From the NCBI GenBank assembly GCA_965267575.1, contig OZ254086.1, positions 3,040,001 through 3,104,000 of the forward strand: 64,000 bases of DNA. Direction: 5' to 3'. Shown one piece after another: positions 9,060 to 17,768 of this stretch. The position numbers and the translations under genes are program-made. This DNA is from Calditrichales bacterium (lineage in GTDB: Bacteria > Calditrichota > Calditrichia > Calditrichales > J004). Within the stretch, counting starts at the first letter, position 1. Every line of letters begins with the position of its first letter. The notes below the pieces were generated by a model that had not been told where the DNA came from, made no database searches, and saw only the letters and a program-made list of their open reading frames with translations.

Positions 9060-10247
9060 TCAGTCCCCGGAGTTCGATTTAAAATTGAACATATAAGTAA
9101 GCCTGAACAGGCCTCTTAAATCGTTGTCATATGCGCTGTTGCGGCTTTCCTGCAAATCGGCCCTTAAAATTATGTCGTCAATCGGGCGGTAGTCGATACC
9201 GGCGGAAAGGGCAACGGCGTCCTCTGTAATTTCTGTTGTTTGGCGCTGATAGTTGTAATAGCTGCTGTACAGGCGCAGGGTAAGCTGGTTAAGTACCGGG
9301 TAACGGATATCCCCATAGATTCCGGCATTGTCTCCGGCAAAACCTTCCTGGAATACCAGCCCGATAATCCCGTAGCGGTTTCCTGCCGTGGCAATTACCT
9401 GCTGGGTATGATCGTTTTCATAGTTGGTGAGCGCATACTGCAATCCTAGTTGGATCGCATTCCACTGGTAGGTAGCGCCGCCCCGCATCTGCTGGTACTC
9501 TTCAAGCTCAAAGATACGGAAGAAGGAGTCTTCCAGGATGCGTGGTTTCTGCATGCTGTATTCACCATGGAAAGACCAGTCCGACCAGTAGTAGGTGAGT
9601 CTTGCGCGGGTACCCTGAATTTCCGAGGAAGCCAGGTTATGTTCGTATTGCAGAATGTAGAACAGCGAACGATCCAGAAAGTTGCCATTAAAGCCCGCGC
9701 CGACCTGTTGCCAGATAATCTCGCTGTCGCGTTCCTGCTGAACAAAACTGACATCGGCTTTATGCTCCTGCCAGTAATTATAGGAAGCGTAGGCACCGTA
9801 GAACGTGCTGTCCGTTCCAGCGGTCTCTATGCTTCTGCGCAGGGGAGCGTCCAGTCCTCCGAAAGCCTTGAGCGTAAGGCCGGCTATCGGAGACAGACTG
9901 ACCATTGCGCCATCGAAGGTGCCGTTCACAACGCCGCTGTAAGCAAACTGGCGTCCCAAACGGACCTGATATGTGCTGGCTGTCCAGTCCAGGTAAGTAT
10001 TATAAACGCGTTCCTCCCAATCGGCATCACCGCGTTTCTGGATTTGGAAGGACGTATTAAAAGCGGCTTCGGGTATGGCGCCGTTGCGGGCGCGCAGGTG
10101 AAATCCCTGATAAAAATTACCTTGCTGCACGTTATCCGGGGTTTCGAAGCTGTATACCCAGGAGCTCAGGTTTCCGTTTAATGCCCACTGAGCATTCAGC
10201 CCGGAGCAGAAAAACAGAATCAGTGTAAGGGTTAGAAGACGAAACAT
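9060..10247 (-). CDS. Outer-membrane beta-barrel protein (putative porin of a porin-cytochrome complex)
   Basis: Signal peptide; alternating amphipathic aromatic strands, RLGRQ motif, terminal strand FRLTYMF; flanked by multiheme cytochrome genes. Confidence 0.75.
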   Translation of the reverse strand: MFRLLTLTLILFFCSGLNAQWALNGNLSSWVYSFETPDNVQQGNFYQGFHLRARNGAIPEAAFNTSFQIQKRGDADWEERVYNTYLDWTASTYQVRLGRQFAYSGVVNGTFDGAMVSLSPIAGLTLKAFGGLDAPLRRSIETAGTDSTFYGAYASYNYWQEHKADVSFVQQERDSEIIWQQVGAGFNGNFLDRSLFYILQYEHNLASSEIQGTRARLTYYWSDWSFHGEYSMQKPRILEDSFFRIFELEEYQQMRGGATYQWNAIQLGLQYALTNYENDHTQQVIATAGNRYGIIGLVFQEGFAGDNAGIYGDIRYPVLNQLTLRLYSSYYNYQRQTTEITEDAVALSAGIDYRPIDDIILRADLQESRNSAYDNDLRGLFRLTYMFNFKSNSGD

Positions 10248-10286
10248 GGTTGGTAGCCCCGATGAGTTAGAATATGTATGTATTAT

Positions 10287-10320
10287 AAAAAAGGGCTTCC
10301 CAAAAGGAAAGCCCTTTCTT
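10287..10320 (-). terminator. Intra-operon hairpin / intrinsic terminator after the first cytochrome gene
   Basis: AAAGGGCTTCCC-aaaa-GGAAAGCCCTTT, followed by a T-run on the minus strand. Confidence 0.6.
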
Positions 10321-10334
10321 TGGTAAATTCCGTG

Positions 10335-12098
10335 TTACCACTTTCTGACAACAGCGTTCTGAGAACCATCACGAACGATGCTGGCACCGGCTACATCCTG
10401 ACCGGTTAAGTGTTTATAGCTTTGCTGCAGCAGCTGTACTGCGTAATCCGGGTTGTGAACACCTTTACTCTTATCGTCTACAACGAATACCCAGTTCCAT
10501 CCGGCTTCGCGCATACGAACGGTAGAGGAGTCAACAACACCCAGGTAATGAGCCAGGTCAAAATCATCAGCACCTGTATCGATACCAAGATTCAGAGCTT
10601 CCAGGCTGTCAACGAGAGCGGCTTCCAACAGGGTCATCAAGCCAACAACTTCACTTTGAACACCTTCAACAGCGCCGTCACCATCAAAATCTTCCAGGGC
10701 TTTGATATCATCAAAGCTGGCGATTTCACCGTGGCAGTTTGCACAAGCAGCTGTAGTCGGCAAGAATGTGTGGCCCGTAATAGCCGTCGTGCCGTCATAC
10801 TCAACCATATTCAGGTGGCATGTTTTGCAGGAGTTCTGAACTTTGATGTGCGAAGGATCCGCCCATACAAAGCCAGGGTCTGCAACTGCATGATAACCAG
10901 TTTTACCGGCAGCCATGTCAGCTTGCGGGTTGGCATGCGGACCAAAGTGAGCATAACCTTCAGCTATTTGTGATTCGCCTGCGCGGCGAGCGTGGTGGCA
11001 GTGCATACAAAGTTTGCCTGTACCGCCTTCAGTGATAATCGGGCTTTCGCCATTAGCGGTAGTTAAAGGTACATCAGCAACTGTGCGCAGTTGACCAGGG
11101 TTTTCATTGCTATGTGAGGAATGGCAGGCCTGGCAAGTAATCGGCTGGGCGGCTACTTCTTCATAAGTAGGCCGTTCGGCTACAGAGCCACCGCCATAGA
11201 ATGCGCTAACGTCGCCGCTAAGACGAAGAGCTCCGGCAACGCCTTCATGACATCCGGCGCAGCTTCCGCGAAGACCGGCACCATGCGAACCCTCTTCAGG
11301 AAGGAAGTTATGCGGTGATTCTTCCCATTCCGTAGCATACGGATGGTGAGCGCCTTCATGGCACTTGGCGCAGTTATCAACAGCAAAACTGACTTCAATG
11401 TCGTCAGCGCTTAACGAAGCAACGTGCTCGGAACCGGCACCGTGGCAGTTTTCGCACTGAACGTCTTCAAACAGGGCGATCGGAGCTTCATCATAACCGC
11501 TGTTACCGGTCATGGCTTCCGGTTCATAGCCAACGCTGTGGCAGGGGAAGCAGTAAGAACGAGCGTGATCGCTTTCCATTAAACCGGCCCAGGCATGGGC
11601 GTGGCCTGTTTCAGCCCAGTCAGCATGTGTAGAGCTGTGACAGCCCTGGCAGTTAACATCACCTATATAATAGGGTGTTTCTGTCGGTGCGTACATACCA
11701 ACACCGATCAGTTTAGTACCAATGGCGATATTCTCACCGTCGGTAACGTGAACAGAAATTGTATAAGCCCCTTCTTCTCCCGGCGCTGTCCAGTTTACAG
11801 TGTCACCGACCTGGGTATCGAAAGAACCGACATCGGAGAACCAGCGGAAAATAACATCATCACCGGCGCCGGCGGCTTTGGTGATATCCGCGGTCAAAGC
11901 GATCGTTCCACCGACAGTTACGGAGTCGGGTGTCGCGTAAACAGCATCAACACTGATGATCTGTACCATCACTTCAACAGTGTCACGAACGGTGACCGTT
12001 TCAACCACTGTCTTTTCGTCTTCGCAGCGGTTAAGTACGATCATGCTGGAAAATAAGAGGGGTAACAATAATGCAGATAATAAATGTGAACGTTTCAT
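10335..12098 (-). CDS. Nonaheme c-type cytochrome, probable lipoprotein with N-terminal Ig/PKD-like domain
   Basis: 9 CxxCH; signal peptide ending LNRC; C-terminal helical region with DKSKGVHNPDYAVQLL, reminiscent of surface multiheme cytochromes of the OmcB/OcwA type. Confidence 0.85.
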   Translation of the reverse strand: MKRSHLLSALLLPLLFSSMIVLNRCEDEKTVVETVTVRDTVEVMVQIISVDAVYATPDSVTVGGTIALTADITKAAGAGDDVIFRWFSDVGSFDTQVGDTVNWTAPGEEGAYTISVHVTDGENIAIGTKLIGVGMYAPTETPYYIGDVNCQGCHSSTHADWAETGHAHAWAGLMESDHARSYCFPCHSVGYEPEAMTGNSGYDEAPIALFEDVQCENCHGAGSEHVASLSADDIEVSFAVDNCAKCHEGAHHPYATEWEESPHNFLPEEGSHGAGLRGSCAGCHEGVAGALRLSGDVSAFYGGGSVAERPTYEEVAAQPITCQACHSSHSNENPGQLRTVADVPLTTANGESPIITEGGTGKLCMHCHHARRAGESQIAEGYAHFGPHANPQADMAAGKTGYHAVADPGFVWADPSHIKVQNSCKTCHLNMVEYDGTTAITGHTFLPTTAACANCHGEIASFDDIKALEDFDGDGAVEGVQSEVVGLMTLLEAALVDSLEALNLGIDTGADDFDLAHYLGVVDSSTVRMREAGWNWVFVVDDKSKGVHNPDYAVQLLQQSYKHLTGQDVAGASIVRDGSQNAVVRKW

Positions 12099-12141
12099 GA
12101 ACGCCCCCTTGGTTAGTTAATTAATGCGTCGCACTTTTACT

Positions 12142-12159
12142 TATCATTTAGTGTGCCAA
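12142..12159 (-). promoter_or_regulatory. Putative sigma54 promoter for the leftward cytochrome/porin operon
   Basis: TTGGCACACTAAATGATA (GG-N10-GA), ~45 nt upstream of the ATG at 12098. Confidence 0.55.
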
Positions 12160-12244
12160 AAACGAAATAGAGATTCTAAGTTCAAATTTAACAGTACTTT
12201 ACAAATGCTGATTGTCTGTTGGCAATAATTTGCCTTCGTTTGGA

Positions 12245-12353
12245 ATGAGACATATATGTCCCTCTCCATGCCTGAATTCAACGTAACTATTTGTTTTTAT
12301 TGGCTTAAAATGCATGAGAAGATTATGTCGCATATGGGACTGCAATGTCGCAT
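12245..12353. promoter_or_regulatory. Three 20-bp palindromic sites (putative enhancer-binding-protein UAS) plus an IHF-like site
   Basis: ATGAGACATATATGTCCCTC (12245), ATGAGAAGATTATGTCGCAT (12314), ATGGGACTGCAATGTCGCAT (12334); TAACTATTTGTTT at ~12284. Confidence 0.65.
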
Positions 12354-12421
12354 TGTGCGCGCTTTTTTCTAAAAAAACAGAGTAAAAGGGGCAAAAGACA
12401 CCTTAAAAAAGCACTTTTATC

Positions 12422-12440
12422 TTGGTACAAAGTTTGTATA
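12422..12440 (+). promoter_or_regulatory. Putative sigma54 promoter for the kinase/regulator/quinol-oxidase operon
   Basis: TTGGTACAAAGTTTGTATA (GG-N10-GT). Confidence 0.55.
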
Positions 12441-12472
12441 TTTAATCAGGAGAGTTTAACAGGCAAAACAAG

Positions 12473-13972
12473 ATGAAGCTCTCCGACTTTACATTGAAGT
12501 CCCGCATCCAAATTCTAGTAACCGTCCTCCTCATGGTGACCGTTGGTGGACCGCTGTTTATGGTGGTTTACCAGATGGATAAAATCCAGGAAGAGTTATC
12601 CGGCAATATGGTTGAATCCGCAACGCAGTTAATTTATCGCTCTGCTTTTGATGCATTTATGGTGCGCGATACGGCGCAGATACAGCAAATTATGCAAAGT
12701 TTTGGCCAACGCTCCGATATCGAAGCACTGAGACTTTTTCGTCCCGACGGAAAGGTGATCTATTCTTCTGACCCTGCGGAAAAAGGACACAATATTTTCG
12801 AGCTGCCCAATTCAGCCCACACCAAAGATGATGACGCCAATGTCGAAACCTTTTTGCGCAGCGGTGATTTGCTGATCCATAACCACCCCATTTTTCTGCA
12901 GAAAGAGTGCCTCTCCTGTCACGTGCATCAAAGCGTAAATACGTTGCCCGGAGTCTTACAGGTGCAGGTGGCCCTGCCGCAGGCCGCGGTTGTTTATCCG
13001 CAGCTGCGCAACAGGATGATTCTGGGAGCCATTTTTATAATTGTCATTCTCTGGGTGGCTTTTAATTTTCTTTACGAGAGCCAGATTGAAAGCCGGCTAA
13101 AGCGGATCATTGTTGGATTTGATAAACTGAAGCGCGGCGATCTGACGGCCCGTGTGAAAATGGAGGGACGTCACGAACTGGCGCACCTGGCCGAACGCTT
13201 CAATGAAACGGTTGAGGCGCTTGCCGACGCGCGAAAGAAAGAGGCAAAACTGCTAAGCGAAAACCTTAACCACGCCGACAAACTTGTTACACTGGGTGAA
13301 GTTGCCGCAGAAATAGCCCATGAGGTAAATAATCCCGTTGGCATACTGCGTACACGCGCTGAGATATTAAAAGAAGAGCTGGAAGAGCTTTCTAATTATT
13401 CCGTCTACATGGAGGACATTGAAGAGATCATACGGCAGAGTGATAATATTGCCGAAACCACGCACCGCATTTTGCATTACGCACGCATGCTGCCGCAGGA
13501 TTTTGAAAAGGTCGATCTGCGCAAAACGGTTTACGGTGCCGTTGAAAGTCTTGGCGGACGTTTCAATGAAAAAAATATCGGCTTCGATTTTAATGCCGAT
13601 GCAAGCGAGGCCTTGGTTTTGGGTAATCCTGATCAGCTGCAACAGGCACTGCGCAACCTGCTCAACAACAGCCTGGATGTGCTTGATGAAGGGGGCAAAA
13701 TTTCAGTTTCTCTGGAAAAACATGAAAACGATCGGCGTAATAAAAAATATTTTCGTATAATAATAAGCGATAATGGACCGGGTGTGGCCAGGGAAGTGGA
13801 AAAAGATATCTTCTCGCCATTCTTCTCAACACGCAATGATGCTATGCATCCGGGATTGGGATTATTTATAGTGCGCGTGGTGGTGGCCAATCACCATGGC
13901 CGGGTGTTTCTGGAAAATAACGGCACACAGGGCGCCCGATTTGTAATTGAGCTGGAGACATTGAATGAATAA
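12473..13972 (+). CDS. Sensor histidine kinase with a periplasmic heme-c (CxxCH) motif and HAMP domain
   Basis: Two TM helices, CLSCH in the periplasmic loop, H-box IAHEVNNP, N-box NLLNNS, DNGPG, GLGL. Confidence 0.92.
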   Translation: MKLSDFTLKSRIQILVTVLLMVTVGGPLFMVVYQMDKIQEELSGNMVESATQLIYRSAFDAFMVRDTAQIQQIMQSFGQRSDIEALRLFRPDGKVIYSSDPAEKGHNIFELPNSAHTKDDDANVETFLRSGDLLIHNHPIFLQKECLSCHVHQSVNTLPGVLQVQVALPQAAVVYPQLRNRMILGAIFIIVILWVAFNFLYESQIESRLKRIIVGFDKLKRGDLTARVKMEGRHELAHLAERFNETVEALADARKKEAKLLSENLNHADKLVTLGEVAAEIAHEVNNPVGILRTRAEILKEELEELSNYSVYMEDIEEIIRQSDNIAETTHRILHYARMLPQDFEKVDLRKTVYGAVESLGGRFNEKNIGFDFNADASEALVLGNPDQLQQALRNLLNNSLDVLDEGGKISVSLEKHENDRRNKKYFRIIISDNGPGVAREVEKDIFSPFFSTRNDAMHPGLGLFIVRVVVANHHGRVFLENNGTQGARFVIELETLNE

Positions 13973-15326
13973 GCAAAGCATTCTGGTGGTGGACGATCAG
14001 AAAGAAATGCTGATCAGTTACCAGAAAATTCTGAATAAGGCAGGGTATGAGGTGATAACCGCCCAGTCCGCTGAGAAAGCTTTGGATTGCTTTGACGAAA
14101 AAATGCCGGACCTGCTGATATGTGACCTGGTGATGCCCGAGATGGACGGTATGGAATTGCTGGAAACGGTTAAAAGGGATCACCCCGATTGTCCGGTTAT
14201 AATGGTGACCGGCTATGGAACGCTGGAGATTGGAGTTAAGGCGGTAAAAAGCGGTGTCTTTGATTTTCTCGAAAAACCGTTTTCCAAAGACAAACTCTTA
14301 AAGACCGTAGAACAAGCCTTGCGCCGGGTTGCACCGGGCGAAGACGAAAGCTCTGAGCATAAGAATGGATTTTCCAGCATTGTGGGCAGCAGCAATGCCA
14401 TGGAAAAAGTTTACAACATGATCCGCAAAGTGGCTTACGGTAACGCCAACGTATTGATCACGGGAGAAAGCGGCGTGGGCAAAGAGCTGGTGGCGCGCAG
14501 TATTCACAAAAACTCGGAACGTCGCAATCAGCCGATGATACCTATAAACTGCGGCGCTTTGCCGGGCAGCCTGTTTGAAAGCGAATTGTTTGGTTATGAG
14601 AAGGGCGCCTTCACCGGTGCATATCAAACCAAACCCGGCTTGATTGAACTTGCCAATGGCGGCACGCTCTTTCTGGATGAGATTTGTGAAATGCCCCTGG
14701 ATTTACAGGTGAAGCTGCTGCGCGTTCTGGAAGACCGCACCATCCGCAGGGTAGGGGGCAAAAAAGAGATCCCTATCGATGTGCGGATTATTACCGCTAC
14801 TAACCGCGATACGCAGCTTGCCGTGGAAAACGGCGTGCTGCGGGAAGATCTTTTCTTTCGCATTAATACGATCAGCATTTATATACCGCCGCTGCGTGAA
14901 CGCGACGGTGATGTTTCGCTGCTGTGCAAACATTTCTTGCAGCAGCTTAATCTGAAATACCGCAGGGGCATTGAAGGACCGGATGAAGATGCTCAGCGCA
15001 TTTTGAAAAATTACGAATGGCCGGGCAATGTGCGGGAACTGCAAAATGTTATCGAGAGGGCCTATTACCTGGCCACGCCGCCAACGATCATCCCTGAAGA
15101 CCTGCCTTCCTACCTGGCCACTAAGTCCAACGGAAAAAGCAGCAAGCAGTGGATGCACCTGGATTATAAAGACGCAAAAAACGCCGTGCTGGAAGATTTT
15201 GAGCGCGAATATCTCAAAACACGGCTGGATAAAAATGACTGGAATATTTCGCGAACAGCCGATGAATGCAAAATAGACCGACGTACTATTCACCGGCTTA
15301 TTAACAAATATGGTCTCAAACAGTAA
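13965..15326 (+). CDS. NtrC-family sigma54-dependent response regulator
   Basis: Receiver domain, GESGVGKE, GAFTGA, WPGNVREL, C-terminal Fis-type HTH. Confidence 0.95.
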   Translation: MNKQSILVVDDQKEMLISYQKILNKAGYEVITAQSAEKALDCFDEKMPDLLICDLVMPEMDGMELLETVKRDHPDCPVIMVTGYGTLEIGVKAVKSGVFDFLEKPFSKDKLLKTVEQALRRVAPGEDESSEHKNGFSSIVGSSNAMEKVYNMIRKVAYGNANVLITGESGVGKELVARSIHKNSERRNQPMIPINCGALPGSLFESELFGYEKGAFTGAYQTKPGLIELANGGTLFLDEICEMPLDLQVKLLRVLEDRTIRRVGGKKEIPIDVRIITATNRDTQLAVENGVLREDLFFRINTISIYIPPLRERDGDVSLLCKHFLQQLNLKYRRGIEGPDEDAQRILKNYEWPGNVRELQNVIERAYYLATPPTIIPEDLPSYLATKSNGKSSKQWMHLDYKDAKNAVLEDFEREYLKTRLDKNDWNISRTADECKIDRRTIHRLINKYGLKQ

Positions 15327-15353
15327 CCCGCACGCAGCAGGAGGCAGCGAGCC

Positions 15354-17768
15354 ATGAAACGGCTAGTACTAATCCCCGCAATCGTTCTTTTGGCAATGAC
15401 TTTTTTAAGCGCTCAGGAAAACGATGATTGTTTTATCTGTCACGATGACAATGAATTAACCATGGAAAAGAGAGGTCGTGAGATTTCTCTCTATACAGAC
15501 CCTGAAGCATTCAGCCATTCCGTGCACGCAGACGTGAATTGCGTGGAGTGTCACGTAGGCTTTGATCCCGATGAAGAACCACACAAAGAGAACATTACGC
15601 CTGTAAACTGCGCCGATTGTCATGATGACGCCGTTGCCGACGTAAATTACGGCGCCCACAGCGGCAGTGTGGATTGCGCCGATTGCCACAGTGATGTTCA
15701 CAAGCCGCAAAAGGCCAGTGTATTGCAGGCCCAATGTGCCCAATGCCATGATGATGTGGCCGAAGAATTTGCCGGCAGTATTCACAAAACGCACAAGGAC
15801 GGAGCGCTTTGCGCCGATTGCCATAATACCCATAAAATTGTTACTGCCTCTTCCGAAACATGTATAGACTGCCACAGCGGCCATGAGCCTAAAACCGCCG
15901 AGGGTGAAGATCAAAAGGATTTCATTTTATCCTTTGAGACAAGCATCCACGCGGATATGCTTGATTGTGCCGACTGCCACGGCTCCCATGAAATTGTGGG
16001 CATTGATAATCCGGCCTCACCTGTATCCGAAACACGTGTTACGGAAACCTGCGTGGATTGCCACGTTGACGTTGGTGATACCTACATGGCCTCCGAGCAT
16101 GGTAAGCTTTTTGAGGAAGGCTATGAATTTGCACCGGGCTGCACGGATTGCCACGGCGAGCACAAGATTCTGTCATCCCAGGACGAACGGTCGGCCATGA
16201 GCCGTCAGAATGAGGTGGAAGTCTGTCTGAGCTGCCACCTGGACAAGCCGGAAGTATCCGAACGCATGACACACTCCAGCGGCTTCATCAAGGCCTATGA
16301 GACTAGTGTGCATGGAAAAGAATTTAAAGCCGGCAATCCCGACGCACCCGTCTGTAGTGACTGTCACGGCGCGCATGGCGCGATGAAAGCTTCGGCTGAA
16401 CAGTCGCCTGTCAATAAATTTAATATTGCCTCCACCTGCAGCAATTGTCATGGTGAGATTACCAAAGAGTTTAACCAGAGTATCCACGGCCAGGCACTTG
16501 CTGACGGCGTTGAAGACGCGGCAACCTGTACGGATTGCCATGGTGAACACGGCATCATCGAAACAGCTTCCGCCGATGCGCCGGTGGCCCCGACAAATGT
16601 TTCGCAGCAGGTCTGCGGGCCGTGCCACAGCTCTGTGCGCATGGCGGAAAAATTTGGTCTGCCATCGCAAAATCTGGGTACCTACCTGGACAGCTATCAT
16701 GGCTTGGCCGTTCGCTTTGGTGAGGTGGAAGCTGCTAACTGCGCCAGCTGCCATGGCGTGCACGACATTCTGCCTTCATCCGATCCGCAATCGATGATCC
16801 ATAAAGCTAACCTGGCAAGCACGTGCGGCTCCTGCCACCCCGGTGCCAATGAGAATTTTGCCAAGGGTAAAGTGCACATTACCGGTGAACAGGATGAAGA
16901 CGCGCTGATCTATTGGATCTCCAGCATTTACATCTTCCTGATCGTGGCCACGGTGGGCGCGATGGGCGCGCATAACCTCCTGGACTATTTCCGCAAGATG
17001 AAAGTACGTTATCGCAAACGCTATTACGAACCGGAATATATACCGATCGAAAAGAAGACCACGCATTATGAGCGAATGACAATAGAAGCCAGGCTGCAAC
17101 ATATTCTGCTGGCGGTGAGCTTCATCCTGTTGGTTATAACAGGCTTTATGCTCAAGTTCCCCGACGCCTGGTGGGTAAAATGGACACGCGCTGTTACCGG
17201 CGACTGGCTGTTTGATCTGCGCGGTTTGGTGCACCGTATCGCTGCCGTTGTTATGGTGATTGCCTCGATCTGGCACACGTATTATATCGCCTTTACGGAG
17301 CGCGGACGTCAATTTATAAAAGATATGATGTTCCGTATCCAGGACTTTAAGGATATGTGGCAGCAACTGCTCTATAACCTTGGCAAAAGCAAAACGCACC
17401 CCAAATACGATCGCTTTAACTACTACGAGAAAGTGGAATACTGGGCGCTGATCTGGGGAACGATCGTAATGACAGTTTCCGGATTTATCCTCTGGTTCGA
17501 AAACCAGTCCATGGCCTGGTTCAGCAAGCTGTTTGTGGACGTGGCTGAGGCTATCCATTACTATGAAGCATGGCTGGCGTTCCTTGCGATTGTGGTCTGG
17601 CACTTTTATTATGTTATATTCAATCCCGATGTTTATCCGCTTAATTTTACCTGGATTACCGGTAAGGTAACCGAAGAGGAGATGGAGCGTGAGCATCCGC
17701 TTGAATTGGAGAAAATTAAAAAAGAAGAACAACTTCACGATGAAGAAGGCGACGAGGAGGCCAAATGA
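15354..17768 (+). CDS. CbcL-like multiheme cytochrome c (17 CxxCH) fused to a cytochrome b membrane domain
   Basis: 17 CxxCH counted; C-terminal TM domain with RLQH..L, HRIAA, RFNYYEKVEYWA, HYYEAWLA..WHFY. Confidence 0.88.
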   Translation: MKRLVLIPAIVLLAMTFLSAQENDDCFICHDDNELTMEKRGREISLYTDPEAFSHSVHADVNCVECHVGFDPDEEPHKENITPVNCADCHDDAVADVNYGAHSGSVDCADCHSDVHKPQKASVLQAQCAQCHDDVAEEFAGSIHKTHKDGALCADCHNTHKIVTASSETCIDCHSGHEPKTAEGEDQKDFILSFETSIHADMLDCADCHGSHEIVGIDNPASPVSETRVTETCVDCHVDVGDTYMASEHGKLFEEGYEFAPGCTDCHGEHKILSSQDERSAMSRQNEVEVCLSCHLDKPEVSERMTHSSGFIKAYETSVHGKEFKAGNPDAPVCSDCHGAHGAMKASAEQSPVNKFNIASTCSNCHGEITKEFNQSIHGQALADGVEDAATCTDCHGEHGIIETASADAPVAPTNVSQQVCGPCHSSVRMAEKFGLPSQNLGTYLDSYHGLAVRFGEVEAANCASCHGVHDILPSSDPQSMIHKANLASTCGSCHPGANENFAKGKVHITGEQDEDALIYWISSIYIFLIVATVGAMGAHNLLDYFRKMKVRYRKRYYEPEYIPIEKKTTHYERMTIEARLQHILLAVSFILLVITGFMLKFPDAWWVKWTRAVTGDWLFDLRGLVHRIAAVVMVIASIWHTYYIAFTERGRQFIKDMMFRIQDFKDMWQQLLYNLGKSKTHPKYDRFNYYEKVEYWALIWGTIVMTVSGFILWFENQSMAWFSKLFVDVAEAIHYYEAWLAFLAIVVWHFYYVIFNPDVYPLNFTWITGKVTEEEMEREHPLELEKIKKEEQLHDEEGDEEAK

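Noticed and set aside
10335..12098. NrfA nitrite reductase or hydroxylamine oxidoreductase
   Set aside because: No CxxCK active-site motif; nine CxxCH, a probable lipoprotein signal and porin context favour an electron-transfer role
12221..12234. GGCAATAATTTGCC as a further sigma54 promoter
   Set aside because: GG-to-GC spacing is 9 nt, not the required 10; it is a short palindrome of unknown meaning
12245..12353. 20-bp repeats as a mini CRISPR array
   Set aside because: Two copies are directly adjacent with no spacer, the copies are degenerate, and no cas genes are present
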